Source: Spirochaetaceae bacterium
Lineage (GTDB): Bacteria > Spirochaetota > Spirochaetia > DSM-2461
DNA: 64,000 nucleotides
Reading direction: 5' to 3'
NCBI GenBank assembly: GCA_965224705.1
Contig: OZ245056.1
Location: 32,001 to 96,000 of the forward strand
Part shown: positions 1 to 10,375 of the stretch, in pieces
Position numbering within the stretch: position 1 is the first letter of the stretch
Layout of the letters: the number at the start of each line of letters is the position of its first letter
Notes under the pieces: model-generated
Seen by the model: the letters and a program-made list of their open reading frames with translations, nothing else
Database searches by the model: none
What the model was told of the DNA's origin: nothing
Made by a program: the position numbers and the translations under genes

Positions 1-410
1 ACACCGGAAAAATCGTCAGGATCCACATAGTGAACAGCAACTCCAGAACGTACGACCGTGTTGTCGAAACAGGATCGAGTTCCTCCGAAAAGGCTTGTGG
101 AGGCAATGATTTCCTCCCCTGATTCTACCAGAGCTGTAAAAAGTGCAGTGATTCCGGCCATACCGGTTGAATAGACAGCCGATCCCCTGGCCCCATCTTC
201 CATGGCCGTCCATCGACGTTCCAGAGTCGTGATGGTCGGATTGGAAAGCCGACCGTAAACATGGCCAGCCGTCCGACCGGCAAAAATATCTTCCAATTCG
301 TCCGGACCCTCAGAGGAAAATGCCGCAGACGCCATAATGGGCATAACGGATGCACCATTCCAATCCTTTGAGTTTAATCCGGCATGCAATGCACGTGTAG
401 CGAATTCCAT
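1..410 (-). CDS. Cys/Met metabolism PLP-dependent enzyme (O-acylhomoserine sulfhydrylase MetY/MetZ-like), 5' part; runs off window start
   Basis: Manual translation from ATG at 410: MEFATRALHAG...HVYGRLSNPTITTLE...YSTGMAGI...SLFGGT, matching the family motifs YxRxxNPT and S/TGMAA. Not in the ORF track because it is truncated. Confidence 0.85.
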   Translation of the reverse strand, partial: MEFATRALHAGLNSKDWNGASVMPIMASAAFSSEGPDELEDIFAGRTAGHVYGRLSNPTITTLERRWTAMEDGARGSAVYSTGMAGITALFTALVESGEEIIASTSLFGGTRSCFDNTVVRSGVAVHYVDPDDFSG

Positions 411-414
411 GAAC

Positions 415-639
415 TCATTCCATCCTCAAACCGTTCCCTCCACCCATAAAGTAGAGAAATTCCAAAACATCGCCTTCAGTTACATGGAGTTTGTCAAAGT
501 CCGCCCTTTCCAGAATCTCTCCATTGTGCTGGACAGAAACCATATCGGGATCTGGAACCTCTTTCAGGGCCAGGAGTTCTTTGATGGTGAGTTTATCCAT
601 GGCCAGTGACTCTCTGCTTCCATTGATTTCTATGGTCAT
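415..639 (-). CDS. thiS: ThiS/MoaD-family sulfur carrier protein with C-terminal extension (HcyS-like)
   Basis: MTIEING...VQHNGEIL...EGDVLEFLYFMGGG-NGLRME; GGAGG RBS upstream of ATG 639. Confidence 0.85.
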   Translation of the reverse strand: MTIEINGSRESLAMDKLTIKELLALKEVPDPDMVSVQHNGEILERADFDKLHVTEGDVLEFLYFMGGGNGLRME

Positions 640-755
640 TGCATCCTCCATTACTCTCTTGTACTGCTTTTTCCTAAACCATACTTAATAAACTGAATTA
701 GTCAAGTATTAAATCATTGAAGAAAGGATTTTTTTATAATGAGTCTGGAATCCAG

Positions 756-875
756 GAGTCGGTCGAACTTTAAGGTGACAAAAACAAACGAGGCGGCTCG
801 GAAGAAGCAAGCAGGAGGCCTGCTTCTGGAGGGAAGGGCAAAAACTGATCCGTGAGGCGTAAGTCCGACAGACTC
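756..875. mobile_element. MITE family A, 120-bp variant
   Basis: TIR GAGTCGGTCGAACTT...AAGTCCGACAGACTC, flanked by CCAG (752-755, 876-879); internal module shared with the 286-bp copy at 56637. Confidence 0.85.
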
Positions 876-879
876 CCAG

Positions 880-1040
880 GAGTCTGTCGGACTTTGAGAC
901 TTCGAGGCGATTTTTGATGTTTTTTTTCCGATACAAGGCGGCAAAAGCGGAGCGTAGCTGGGCTACGTGAGCATTTTGGCAACGCCGTAGCGGGAAAAAA
1001 GGGCAAAAATCGAGCCGTGAGGCGTAAGTCCGACAGACTC
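880..1040. mobile_element. MITE family A, canonical 161-bp copy (tandem with previous copy)
   Basis: Perfect 15-bp TIR GAGTCTGTCGGACTT; TSD CCAG/CCAG; near-identical to copies at 33705, 36786, 51786, 56148. Confidence 0.92.
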
Positions 1041-1158
1041 CCAGGCTTATTATTGCGATATAAGATTTACTTCAGACTGGTTCCAGAGAAGCAGAAGTAT
1101 AAGGACTGCCGCATGCGGAATGGAGGCCTTTTTTACATCTTCTAATGCCGAGGACTAT

Positions 1159-3675
1159 TTAACTCCTGGCGGCGGCTGTTTCATTCGCAGTTTTCTTCGT
1201 TCTGCGTCTGTTTTTTCGGCGAAAGCGTATTTTCCCGGACTGGAGAAGCTCTACGGCAACTTTGTCCCTACTCTCAAAACGTCCCTGCAGAATAGCCATT
1301 GAGAGAGGATCCTCTATTTCCTTTTGAATAACCCGCCAGAGAGATCTGGCACCGTAAACCGCATCAAACCCCCTGTCCATCAGGAATTCTTTGACGGCTC
1401 TGTCAACTTCAACACAGATGTTTAGATCTTTCAATCTTCCGGATACTTCTGTCAGCATTAAATCCATAATCTGTATGACATGATTGTACTCAAGGCTGTG
1501 AAAAACAACGGTTTCATCAACTCGATTCAGGAATTCCGGTCTGAAAATACGTTTGAGTTCCATCATTGCTGAAGATTTTATCTCCGAGTGGGATATCGCT
1601 CCATCCCTGGTACTGAATCCAAAACTCCCACGGCTGAATTCCCTGGCACCAGCATTAGAGGTCATAATCAAAACAGCATTCTTGAATGACACCTTATGAC
1701 CAAAGCTGTCCTGCAATTCCCCTTCATCCAGAACCTGCAGGAGAATATTAAATATATCGGGGTGAGCTTTTTCAATTTCATCAAGAAGAATAACCGAATA
1801 GGGGCGCTTTCGTATTTTTTCTGTCAGCAATCCCCCTTCTTCATAGCCGACAAAACCCGGAGGAGCTCCAATCAGACGAGATAGATTATGTTTTTCCATG
1901 AAATCCGTCATATCAATCCGAATCAAAGAATCTGAATTTCCAAAGAGATATTCGGCGAGACTCTTTGCAAGCAGGCTCTTGCCCACACCGGTCGGGCCAA
2001 GGAAGATAAATGAACCAAGGGGACGGGATGGAGAATTCAGGCCTGTCCGGGACCTGCGTATCAATGATGAAACAGAAGCGATTGCCTCATCCTGGCCGAT
2101 AACTGTTTTATGGAGTTCATCTTCAATCTGGAGAAGTTTATCCGATTCATTTTTCATTATGCGAATCATGGGAATGCCAGTATTCTCTGAGACAAGTTCC
2201 TGAATGTCTTCTTTTGTAACTTGATTCTTTACCCTGTCAAGAGAACTCTCCCATTCGCGTTTAACAGCATCAATTCTCGACCTCATTTCCTGAACTTTGT
2301 CACGCATTCTTGCGGCACTTTCATAATCCTGTGCATCCACACATGAAACTTTTCTATCGCTGAGTTGTCGGCACTTCTCTTCCAGTTCTTTGATTTCCTC
2401 AGGAAAAATCTTGTTCTGAAGACTTTTTACAGCTCCAGCTTCATCGATTAGATCTATGGCTTTGTCAGGAAGATTTCTGTCCGCAACATAGCGGTCAGCG
2501 AGATCGGCCGCAGCCTGCAAAGCTTCATCGTTATAGCTTACCTTGTGAAAATCACCATACTCACGACTCAGGCCCTTCAATATCTGACAGGTCTCACTGA
2601 CTGTTGGCTCATTGATTATGACAGGCTGAAACCGCCGTTCCAGAGCACTGTCTTTCTCAATGTATTTCACATACTCATCAAATGTTGTGGCACCGATGCA
2701 CTGGAGTTCTCCCCGGCTCAAAGCTGGTTTCAACATATTGGAAGCATCAAGTGCTCCTTCCGCAGCACCAGCACCGATAATTGTGTGAAGTTCATCGATA
2801 AAAAGTATGATGTTACTCGCACTGCTGATTTCTTTAACAACTTTCTTAATTCGGCTTTCAAATGCACCCCTGTACTTTGTTCCGGCAATCAATGCAGCCA
2901 GATCGAGACTGATAATGCTCTTTTCAAGGAAGACATCCGGAACATTGCCCTTGACGATTTCCATGGCAAAGCCTTCCACTACAGCGGTCTTGCCCACTCC
3001 GGGATCACCAATTAGAACTGGATTGTTCTTTTTACGGCGAGCCAGTATGCGTATCAGTCTGTTGATTTCTCTCTCCCGGCCAATAGCCACACTCAATAAG
3101 CCTTTGCGGGCCATGTCCGTAAGATCCCTTGAGTAGTCGCCCAGAATTTCAAACTTCGGTTTATTCATTTTGGATATGTTGATTGTTGAAAAACCTGATT
3201 TCTCCACTGATATGGATATTTTCCTGGTCTGATTCCGTTCAAAATAGACTTCTCTCACGACTCTCCTCAGGTCATCAATTGAGATATTCTTTGATTCAAA
3301 GAATGAACACATGGGACTTCCCTTCTCAAGGACTGCAGCAAGTAATAAATGCTCCGTACCAATGTACTCATGACTGAGCCTGGCAGCCTCGTTCGCAGAG
3401 ACATTGAGAAGTGTTTCCACCCTGCTTGAAGGAGAAATCTTATTAACCTTGTATGGATTTTTAAGATGTGGAATGCCAATCATGAGATGTGGAGTAACAG
3501 CTTCAATGCCAATATTCAATCTGTCAAGGCATTTGACAGCTGCACTGTTTTTATCATTGAGCATGGCAAGAATAACATGCTCATTCTGGATCTGGTCTGA
3601 ATGAGATCTCCTTGCTTCTTCCATGGCAAAATCAGCCAGAATGCGTTTAGCTCGTGGGGTTAAATCCTTGATCAT
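1159..3675 (-). CDS. clpC: ATP-dependent Clp protease ATP-binding subunit ClpC
   Basis: Clp_N repeats, Walker A GDPGVGKT and [11 protein letters not shown] coiled coil ([12 protein letters not shown]), [13 protein letters not shown]. Confidence 0.95.
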   Translation of the reverse strand: MIKDLTPRAKRILADFAMEEARRSHSDQIQNEHVILAMLNDKNSAAVKCLDRLNIGIEAVTPHLMIGIPHLKNPYKVNKISPSSRVETLLNVSANEAARLSHEYIGTEHLLLAAVLEKGSPMCSFFESKNISIDDLRRVVREVYFERNQTRKISISVEKSGFSTINISKMNKPKFEILGDYSRDLTDMARKGLLSVAIGREREINRLIRILARRKKNNPVLIGDPGVGKTAVVEGFAMEIVKGNVPDVFLEKSIISLDLAALIAGTKYRGAFESRIKKVVKEISSASNIILFIDELHTIIGAGAAEGALDASNMLKPALSRGELQCIGATTFDEYVKYIEKDSALERRFQPVIINEPTVSETCQILKGLSREYGDFHKVSYNDEALQAAADLADRYVADRNLPDKAIDLIDEAGAVKSLQNKIFPEEIKELEEKCRQLSDRKVSCVDAQDYESAARMRDKVQEMRSRIDAVKREWESSLDRVKNQVTKEDIQELVSENTGIPMIRIMKNESDKLLQIEDELHKTVIGQDEAIASVSSLIRRSRTGLNSPSRPLGSFIFLGPTGVGKSLLAKSLAEYLFGNSDSLIRIDMTDFMEKHNLSRLIGAPPGFVGYEEGGLLTEKIRKRPYSVILLDEIEKAHPDIFNILLQVLDEGELQDSFGHKVSFKNAVLIMTSNAGAREFSRGSFGFSTRDGAISHSEIKSSAMMELKRIFRPEFLNRVDETVVFHSLEYNHVIQIMDLMLTEVSGRLKDLNICVEVDRAVKEFLMDRGFDAVYGARSLWRVIQKEIEDPLSMAILQGRFESRDKVAVELLQSGKIRFRRKNRRRTKKTANETAAARS

Positions 3676-3702
3676 GTAAATCTCCTGCTCGTCAGTTAAC
3701 GA

Positions 3703-3815
3703 AGTGTCAGAAAGCTTGTTAAATTCTCTCTTTTTCTAACAATCGCAAGGTTTTAAGTCATCAAAACAGCTATATCAACGAAATGTTTTACTAATTTAAC
3801 AAGCTTTCTGACACT
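3703..3815. repeat. 113-bp element with perfect 23-bp terminal inverted repeats (probable separate MITE)
   Basis: AGTGTCAGAAAGCTTGTTAAATT (3703-3725) is the exact reverse complement of 3793-3815. Confidence 0.75.
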
Positions 3816-3873
3816 CAGTAAATTATACCATTCTGTCAGATAAATGCTACTGAAATCAGACAGAGAACTGGAA

Positions 3874-5145
3874 TTAATGCTTCCGCATTACTTCCAGGGG
3901 TTTCAGTTTTGCAGCTCTTGCGGCAGGAACCCAGGAAGCAAAAATGGACAGTATAAGAGTGATCACTCCAATTCCGGCAGTAACCATCCAGCGCATTTCC
4001 ACCGGAACTGTCTGGAGATAATGTCCCTCACTCAGCAAAATGGGTGCTGGACCATCACTGAACAAACCAGTTATTAAGGACAGGATGTATTCAATGCCAG
4101 TAATAATTGGGTTGATGAACCAGGATATCAATAATCCTCCGCCGAGACCATAGATTGTGCCGATGAAAGCGGCCATGGTGCCGGTAATCACAAATGCCCG
4201 GCTTATTGTTCCCGGTGAAGTTCCTGTGCACTTGAGAATACCAATTTCCCGTCTGTGCTCAAAAGTCAGCATGACCAGTGATGTCATAACATTGAGTACG
4301 GCGGTTATGATGATGAGTGTCATAATAAGGAGAAGTATGCTCCTTGTATTTTCAAGATTACTCAGCAGATAACGGTTTAATTCCTTCCAGTCCGAAGTCG
4401 ACCATCGGGAAGCCAGATCCAACTCCAGTTTTTCCCACAGTTCGGGGTTTTGTTTGATATCAATGAACTTGCCGCCAATGAAAGTTTTGCTGTTTTCATC
4501 AGCGAGGATACGCCAGCCCATGTCCGGTGAGATAAATGCCCAGGTGCGATCGAGATCCTGGTAACCTGTTGAAAAGACTCCTCTGATCACAAATTCTGTT
4601 ACCCTGGGGATGATTCTGTTATTGGGCATTTGTCTGCCTGTCAACACAAGAATGCTCTCCCCAACATCGGCTCCCAGATATCTTGCGGCTTCCCGGCCAA
4701 GGAGTATGGAATTCCCACTGGTGTTCCATACTCCACTGTCGAATTCGATGTAACGATCAAAGCCGGAATCTCTGAAGGGAGCATTCTCAGGAATGGCTCT
4801 CAATGTCAGAGCAGTTCTGGGGCCCTCTGCACGGGCAAGGCCATATCCTGTTCGTTCAACCCAGGCAGATTTTATTCCTGGTTTCTGTGCAACATCTTCC
4901 GCCGACTCTTCCCAGTTATCCTTCCGTTCCCTCTCCCAGGAACGGATCTGGAAATGATAGGATGAAGTTTCCACATACCTGGCTGTTATACCTTCAATCA
5001 TGGCTGCTGCAAAATGGTCAACGACTACCAGGGGAATAAGAGACAGGGATATGCCCAATGCAGCCCCGAAAAGAGGGTGCCCATGCTGGCGGTTTTTTCG
5101 CCCCCGGAGGAATAATCGCCAGGCTATAAAAATTGAACCCCTCAT
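3874..5145 (-). CDS. lolE: LolC/E (MacB/FtsX-type) ABC permease, lipoprotein release
   Basis: N-terminal TM, MacB-like periplasmic domain, REIGILKCTG, C-terminal PAARAAKLKPLEVMR. Confidence 0.8.
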   Translation of the reverse strand: MRGSIFIAWRLFLRGRKNRQHGHPLFGAALGISLSLIPLVVVDHFAAAMIEGITARYVETSSYHFQIRSWERERKDNWEESAEDVAQKPGIKSAWVERTGYGLARAEGPRTALTLRAIPENAPFRDSGFDRYIEFDSGVWNTSGNSILLGREAARYLGADVGESILVLTGRQMPNNRIIPRVTEFVIRGVFSTGYQDLDRTWAFISPDMGWRILADENSKTFIGGKFIDIKQNPELWEKLELDLASRWSTSDWKELNRYLLSNLENTRSILLLIMTLIIITAVLNVMTSLVMLTFEHRREIGILKCTGTSPGTISRAFVITGTMAAFIGTIYGLGGGLLISWFINPIITGIEYILSLITGLFSDGPAPILLSEGHYLQTVPVEMRWMVTAGIGVITLILSIFASWVPAARAAKLKPLEVMRKH

Positions 5146-5822
5146 GTCTGCTGCAGTAAGCCTTCTTTGAGGTAGAGCATTCTATCAGCCTTTCGAGCCA
5201 GATCTTCTGCATGAGTGACAAGGAGAAGTGATTTCCCCGATTCCAGCAGGAGATCAAAAATCAAATCGGTTACCATGGCTCTGTGCTCCTCATCAAGGTT
5301 CCCGGTTGGTTCATCAGCAATGATGAGTTTCGGATTGTTAACCAATGCCCGGGCCAATGCGGCTCTCTGGCGTTCTCCACCGGATAGCTGCGACGGATAA
5401 TGATGGCTTCTCTCGGCAACGCCTGCCTGATCCAGGAATTCCAGTGCTCTGGTTTCAGCTCTTTTGCGGGATACTCCCTGCATAAGCATGGGAAGCATGA
5501 CGTTTTCCAGAGCCGTGAAGTCCTTGAGAAGATAATGGAATTGAAAAACAAAACCAACAACCTCTGACCGGTATTGAGTGGCTTCTTTTTCACCCATCCC
5601 GGTTATATTATAACCACAGGCATGGATCTCGCCGGAGTCGGCTTTATCCAGACCTCCTATTAGATTGAGAAGAGTACTCTTCCCGCTTCCCGATGTTCCC
5701 ATGATGGAAATACTCTCCCCGGTTCTTACCTCAAGGTTTATATCCTTGAGCACTCTCAGTACCTCGGAACCGGAGATATACGATTTCTCAACGCCGCGCA
5801 CCGATAGAATTGTATCATTCAC
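5142..5822 (-). CDS. lolD: Lipoprotein-releasing ABC ATPase
   Basis: GTSGSGKS, FVFQFHYLL (LolD-like), LSGGERQR, DEPTGNLD. Confidence 0.9.
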   Translation of the reverse strand: MNDTILSVRGVEKSYISGSEVLRVLKDINLEVRTGESISIMGTSGSGKSTLLNLIGGLDKADSGEIHACGYNITGMGEKEATQYRSEVVGFVFQFHYLLKDFTALENVMLPMLMQGVSRKRAETRALEFLDQAGVAERSHHYPSQLSGGERQRAALARALVNNPKLIIADEPTGNLDEEHRAMVTDLIFDLLLESGKSLLLVTHAEDLARKADRMLYLKEGLLQQT

Positions 5823-7062
5823 TTCGAAGAACCTCTGCTGGTTTCGATCTGGCGGCCATGGATGATGCCCTGACAGCGGCCAGAAAAGTCAGAATCACTG
5901 CCGATGACAGAATATAAACAACATCAATGACCATAACCTGGGAGTTTTGAAAAAAGGCATCGACTGTCTGGTACCGCACTATATTCAATGAAGTATAAAC
6001 AGTGCGATTCTGAATACTTCTGAAGAACTGGATTATTGTGTTAATATTTTCACCAATCAGTACTCCCAGAATACTGCCGGCAACTCCCCCGAGAATTCCT
6101 GTGATCAATCCATGCTGCAGGAATAGTATTCGAATACTCCACGGGGAAGCCCCTGTTGCTTTCAGTATGGAAAGGTCTTCGATTCGTTCTACAGCCATGC
6201 GTCTCAGAGAATGATCAATATTCACAGCAACCACAACAAATATCAGGGTCACAAGCAGAATCATCATAATCTTTTCATTCCTGAGGGCCCCGAAAAAGGA
6301 ACTGTTTTTCTCTCTCCATGAGCTCAACTCCCCCGATAGAAGTATTTCATTTCTCCCAAGACGGCTCATTACCTGATCAACTCTTTCCGGACGGATGAGT
6401 TTCACACCCAGTTCCACTCTGGAATCATCAATAAGCACATCCATTGTATTCAATGAAACAAAAGCCATACTGCTCTCATAATTCTGGTACCTGCACTGGA
6501 AAATGCCGGTCACCTCAAGTTGAACTTCTTCAGTCGATACCCCGTTACTTGAAAGAGTGAGAACTGAAATCCTGTCTCCGGGGAATGCTCCAAGGTTGTA
6601 GGCCAGAATCTGCCCAAGAACAATTCCCTCACTCTCCACGTTGAATTCACCCTGAACAATTTCCAGGTAATGAGCCAGATTTTTGTCTTTTGTATAGGTA
6701 TCGGGAGGTAAGCCCCTGATGAGGGCACCGGAGAGTTCGGATTGCTTTCCGCTGAGCATTGTTATACCCTCACGGAAAGGAGTCACAAAGATAACATCAG
6801 GGTCCTCACCGATTGTACTGATAACAGAATCGATATCGGCATCATCTCCATCAGGCATCCAGTGAATATGATAGGAACCAATTTCCAGTATACTGCTTAT
6901 GAATCCCTGCTGGAGTCCATTCATAACTGCAAGAATCGTGTTAAGAGTTGCGACACCTGTGCATATAAGCAGTACTCCAAAGAGAAAAACAAACCGGCCG
7001 CGTCCACCCCGACGCCCTGTTATGAATCTCCAGGCAACAAAAAAAGTCCACCGCGATTTCAT
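5815..7062 (-). CDS. lolC: LolC/E ABC permease
   Basis: ILAVMNGLQ motif, MacB periplasmic domain, FtsX C-terminus ending PAEVLRSE. Confidence 0.8.
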   Translation of the reverse strand: MKSRWTFFVAWRFITGRRGGRGRFVFLFGVLLICTGVATLNTILAVMNGLQQGFISSILEIGSYHIHWMPDGDDADIDSVISTIGEDPDVIFVTPFREGITMLSGKQSELSGALIRGLPPDTYTKDKNLAHYLEIVQGEFNVESEGIVLGQILAYNLGAFPGDRISVLTLSSNGVSTEEVQLEVTGIFQCRYQNYESSMAFVSLNTMDVLIDDSRVELGVKLIRPERVDQVMSRLGRNEILLSGELSSWREKNSSFFGALRNEKIMMILLVTLIFVVVAVNIDHSLRRMAVERIEDLSILKATGASPWSIRILFLQHGLITGILGGVAGSILGVLIGENINTIIQFFRSIQNRTVYTSLNIVRYQTVDAFFQNSQVMVIDVVYILSSAVILTFLAAVRASSMAARSKPAEVLRSE

Positions 7063-8003
7063 TCCTGCAGCTCACGTTCTCGAACAACCAAACCATACCG
7101 CAAAAACTCGTCCTTAATACGTCGACCATCCTTCCAGTACACACGTATGACGGCACTTCCATTCCTGAATATGGTTTCGATTTTTTCACCGGGAGAAATC
7201 CAGGCGGTATCCCTTGTTTTCAATCCGTTTTCATAATGAGTTTCCCGTTGTTTCTCTCCCTCCTCAGACCACTCATATTCTTTCAGCGAAACTCTTCCTT
7301 CCCCTCGTTCAACAACACTGCTCAAATTGGCATTGTCCCAGGTAAAGCTTCGAGTGAGCAGAAGAACATCTTCCTTCAAAATCTCTTCCTGTTCAAGATA
7401 TCCCTGTGAATCATACTGACTGATACGAGTTGTATCCCCTTCATGAATAATGGACTGTAGAATCCTGCCGTCTTCTGTTCTTATAAAGGTTTGAGACTTC
7501 ACAATTTCATCATCCCTGTACATAACCTGCTTGAGGGTCTGGGCAAATTCATTCATTTCAGTAATTGACCAATCATCTTCTGCTCCATACTTACTCCTCA
7601 GATTGGAACCATTGACATGGGTACGATACTGACTTTCTACATGGACCTCAGGTTTCTCAGAATCCTGATTGAATATGTAGGAAATTCGGTTGTTTCCATC
7701 TTCATCGTAGAAGTATTCCACTCTGGACAGTCGGCGGTTATCAGCATCCAACTCCTCCCATGCCTGCAGGACTCCATCAACTCGTGTCAGCACGATGGAA
7801 GACTGCACTTTATTATTATGGTAAAGAGTTTGAGTTTCCACGCCATCATTTCTTTCAACGGATATTTTCCAACCGGATTTCGGATTGTATCGAGAATCTA
7901 TGGGCTCCCCGACATACCCTCCGGGACCGGAACTGTACCATTCCACTGCACCGAGGGCTGTACCTGTAACAAAAAAAGCAATGCCCAGGAGAAAACTATT
8001 CAT
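7059..8003 (-). CDS. Exported hypothetical protein (beta-rich, YD/MORN-like short repeats)
   Basis: Signal peptide; overlaps both neighbours (translational coupling). Confidence 0.7.
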   Translation of the reverse strand: MNSFLLGIAFFVTGTALGAVEWYSSGPGGYVGEPIDSRYNPKSGWKISVERNDGVETQTLYHNNKVQSSIVLTRVDGVLQAWEELDADNRRLSRVEYFYDEDGNNRISYIFNQDSEKPEVHVESQYRTHVNGSNLRSKYGAEDDWSITEMNEFAQTLKQVMYRDDEIVKSQTFIRTEDGRILQSIIHEGDTTRISQYDSQGYLEQEEILKEDVLLLTRSFTWDNANLSSVVERGEGRVSLKEYEWSEEGEKQRETHYENGLKTRDTAWISPGEKIETIFRNGSAVIRVYWKDGRRIKDEFLRYGLVVRERELQE

Positions 8004-8916
8004 CGGGCTGATCCAGGAGCTCTTTTAGGTATTGTTCAGGATCAAATGGGTGCAGATCATCCATTTTTTCCCCTCTTCCCAGGAAGGCTATGGGGAGCTG
8101 CAGATCCCTGCCAATTGCGGTGATAAGTCCTCCTCTGGCTGAGGAATCATACTTAGTCATGCAAATTGCATCGATACCGACCGTTTCATGGAAGACTTCC
8201 GCCTGTTTCATTCCATTCTGACCGGTCGTTGCATCAACAACAAGGACTTTCTTATAGGTATCATTCTCCCCCAATCTATCCTCAATGATTCGGTCAATCT
8301 TCTCTAACTCCCTGACCAAATTCACTTTGTTGTGCATACGGCCAGCTGTGTCCGCAAGAATAACACGATCACCCCGATTTTCTGCGGAGGTAAGGGCATC
8401 ATAGATGACAGCAGCAGGATCAGAGCCATGATGCTGTTTGACGATTCGGGCCCCAACCCTGTCGGCCAGTATTTCCAACTGTTCGACAGCCGCAGCACGA
8501 AAGGTATCTCCTGCGGCCAATGTCACCGGACCAAGATCATTTTTTATAAACCGGTGAGCCATTTTCGCAATGGTTGTTGTCTTACCGACACCGTTTACTC
8601 CAAGTACCAGATACATGGAAAGACAGTTCTCAGGAGGATGGAGTTCTGTCGATATCAATGATGGTCTGATGATGTTTTTCAGCTCATCAACGCATTGAGT
8701 TTGTGACCAGTTCTGTGAGGATGACGTATATCTCCTGCGAAGTTCAGCAACCAGTGCTGCCGCGGTTGATATGCCAAGATCTGATTCTACAAGCAAATCT
8801 TCAAGGTCTTCGTAAAAGTCTTCCAGGCTGGATGAACTTCTTGAAAAAAGATCACGAATACGAAGGCCAATACTTTTTGAGGAAACAGATTTCTTTTTTT
8901 TCTTTCTACCAAACAT
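7996..8916 (-). CDS. ftsY: Signal recognition particle receptor FtsY
   Basis: GVNGVGKTTTIAK, DTFRAAA, DTAGR, TKYDSSARGG. Confidence 0.95.
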   Translation of the reverse strand: MFGRKKKKKSVSSKSIGLRIRDLFSRSSSSLEDFYEDLEDLLVESDLGISTAAALVAELRRRYTSSSQNWSQTQCVDELKNIIRPSLISTELHPPENCLSMYLVLGVNGVGKTTTIAKMAHRFIKNDLGPVTLAAGDTFRAAAVEQLEILADRVGARIVKQHHGSDPAAVIYDALTSAENRGDRVILADTAGRMHNKVNLVRELEKIDRIIEDRLGENDTYKKVLVVDATTGQNGMKQAEVFHETVGIDAICMTKYDSSARGGLITAIGRDLQLPIAFLGRGEKMDDLHPFDPEQYLKELLDQPDE

Positions 8917-8932
8917 TGGAATTCCATTGTAG

Positions 8933-10375
8933 TTAATTCGCTAAATCTTCAACAGATTTCAGATACTTTCCAAGGTTAACCAGTGTGAGGATAAGAAGTC
9001 CAGCATTGATTGCAGCACTGCCCCACATTACCCCGGTTGTGATCTGAGATGTGGCGTAAGAAGATTGTTTATCTGAAGAGTTGGTGCTTTTATTGTACTG
9101 ATCCAATAGATTTTGATTCACTCCCATCAGTATCAAAGTGGGAGCAAGAGACAGGGAAAACCATGCCGCAGCACTGTCAAAACGACGCCTTGCCTTCTTC
9201 ATCTCTTCTTTCGGATCAAGCAGTACTTCATCGAGAGGAATTGTAAGACGTTCGGTCTCTGGTGTCAGGGGAACTGTGCGATTCTTGAATCCCTCCTTTT
9301 CCAGTGTCAGAGGCATGATTCGATCCGGTTCAACAACGGGCAAAGGGGTTAAACCCAGCCACATGGCACCCAGGCGAACCGACGCCCCGGCTGGAATAGA
9401 ACTTACCAGAACCTGGTTCACCTCAACAGCCTCCATTTCGATGAGGATGTCCAGATGCTGATCAGGTAGAAGTACGGTTTCCTGAATCACGGGCTTGTAT
9501 CCATGAGCACTCACTTCAATACTGTACGTGCCGGGATCGAGAATTCCATCAACCCAGTATCCCACTCCCGCAAATTGATTATTCACACTGATGAATCCCA
9601 CAGAAGGTTCTACCTTGACAGAAAGAGAGGACCAGGGTCTGCCCAACAGAATTCCACGAGCCCTGGAGGCTATTGCATCAGCGGTATCTTCAAGCTCAGT
9701 TCTTTCAATTGCACTTTCCCACAGAACTGATTTACCAGCTTCTGTCCACGCATAGGCCACAATACCATAGTAATCACCTGCCTGAACAATGCTTCCGGTA
9801 ATCAAAGTATCTAATCCATGTTTTTTTCTGTAGATCTCGGGGATGGCTCCCTTCAAACTCCAGAAACGGCCGTTGTCTTCAGCAGGAGGAAATGAAATAC
9901 TCAGCTTCTCCGGAACAATGATGCTTTTGGGCAGAAGACTTCGATTCTTCTTCAATGCCTGATGAGTTTCAAGGATTTTTTCCTTCTCCTGAGAAATTTT
10001 ATCAGGGTTGATACTGAGTTCAAAGAGATAGTTATCAAGGTTCTTGTGAGAACTTTCAAGGGCTTTGAGGAGTTTCAACTCTTCACTGGCGATTACTTCC
10101 CGGGCCAGAGATAATCGCTCATTTTCTGTTAGATTGTGTTCGGGGATATCACTGAGTCCTTCATGTAAAAGTCTGCTCATCACTGTTGAAACAGATATAA
10201 GGGACAAATCGTCTTCGTCAACCTCGAATATGGCAATCCCGACATCCCATGATTCTTTATCTGAAGATAAATCATCCCCTGCCCTCACTTCCAGAGAAGA
10301 GAATACCAGGACAAGAATACACAGAATGAGTCCCTGTTTTTTTCCCGGCAGAACCTGAATCACTGGCGGAATCAT
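8933..10375 (-). CDS. PEGA-domain membrane/exported protein
   Basis: Signal peptide, VSSIPAGASV..LGLTPL (PEGA-like), C-terminal hydrophobic segments. Confidence 0.7.
   Translation of the reverse strand: MIPPVIQVLPGKKQGLILCILVLVFSSLEVRAGDDLSSDKESWDVGIAIFEVDEDDLSLISVSTVMSRLLHEGLSDIPEHNLTENERLSLAREVIASEELKLLKALESSHKNLDNYLFELSINPDKISQEKEKILETHQALKKNRSLLPKSIIVPEKLSISFPPAEDNGRFWSLKGAIPEIYRKKHGLDTLITGSIVQAGDYYGIVAYAWTEAGKSVLWESAIERTELEDTADAIASRARGILLGRPWSSLSVKVEPSVGFISVNNQFAGVGYWVDGILDPGTYSIEVSAHGYKPVIQETVLLPDQHLDILIEMEAVEVNQVLVSSIPAGASVRLGAMWLGLTPLPVVEPDRIMPLTLEKEGFKNRTVPLTPETERLTIPLDEVLLDPKEEMKKARRRFDSAAAWFSLSLAPTLILMGVNQNLLDQYNKSTNSSDKQSSYATSQITTGVMWGSAAINAGLLILTLVNLGKYLKSVEDLAN

Noticed and set aside
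709..1006. Short ORFs sharing peptides such as CRTYASR / SPRSLKVRQTP (also near 36732, 51820, 56096, 56206, 56620)
   Set aside because: These are translations of MITE copies, not an independent gene family
1046..1158. SAM riboswitch upstream of the thiS/metY-like operon
   Set aside because: No SAM-I core (ATC..GAG, GGCAAC, GGTGC) recognisable on the minus strand
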